Virus record (IMG/VR): IMGVR_UViG_3300009108_000751
Span: 62,001-126,000 of that record
Length of the DNA stretch: 64,000 nt
Reading direction: 5' to 3' (one strand)
The notes under the pieces are model-generated. The model saw only the letters and a list, made by a program, of their open reading frames with translations, was not told the DNA's origin and made no database searches. Position 1 is the first letter of the stretch, and every line of letters begins with the position of its first letter. Made by a program: the position numbers and the translations under genes. Positions 63,831 through 64,000 of the stretch are shown here, one piece after another.

Positions 63831-64000
63831 GTGGCAACATTCGCTAATACAACTAACCCAACACCATTCGGTGCTTTTGATAGTGACTCAGAGTTTCAAT
63901 CTGAAGCAGACAAGATGGTTACTTTTGTTAAGAGGAAGCTCGGAGATGACATTCTGTCTGTCGAGTTGACCAAAAAGCAGATCTGGGCTTGTTTCGAAGA
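63831..64000 (+). CDS. Neck protein, T4 gp13-like, 3'-truncated (GTG start; absent from ORF track)
   Basis: Translates MATFANTTNPTPFGAFDSDSEFQSEADKMVTFVKRKLGDDILSVELTKKQIWACFE; RKLG...VELT..QI..C resembles gp13 N-terminus; GGAG RBS at 63821. Confidence 0.7.
   Translation, partial: MATFANTTNPTPFGAFDSDSEFQSEADKMVTFVKRKLGDDILSVELTKKQIWACFE

Noticed and set aside
1-64000. Alternative genetic code (TAG recoded, code 15)
   Set aside because: Conserved genes (TerL, portal, capsid, primase) are intact in code 11 and ten genes end in TAG; only two of those are in frame with the next gene, about what chance gives.

Overview
All supportable genes lie on the + strand. The window is a contiguous late (virion) region of a large T4-superfamily-like myophage (huge/jumbo-type gene set) read in standard code 11. 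Gene order: two GT4 glycosyltransferases (first truncated by the left edge); a gp55-like late sigma factor; baseplate spike/wedge genes (gp5-, gp25-, gp6-like); about 23 kb of LamG-domain and S/T/G-rich modular fibre proteins; three giant uncharacterised proteins (992, 1546, 680 aa) among tail-collar-like genes; a RuvC-like resolvase / primase / fused Mre11-Rad50 block; TerL; portal; prohead protease; a phage-encoded ribosomal protein bS21; scaffold; a major capsid protein with a large insertion; two paralogous small virion-protein cassettes preceded by an identical 99-bp leader; and the start of a gp13-like neck gene. Most notable: (1) an [S/T]-G-S tripeptide strongly enriched in predicted surface virion proteins (in the capsid protein only inside its insertion) and absent from enzymes, next to two glycosyltransferases, which suggests a virion glycosylation sequon; (2) bS21 together with Shine-Dalgarno-led late genes and an apparently leaderless primase transcript; (3) a recurrent ATA-N-TTA candidate late promoter; (4) promoter-leader-terminator cassettes with a perfect 99-bp repeat. 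All family assignments come from manual motif recognition, no database search was run, and the host is unknown.
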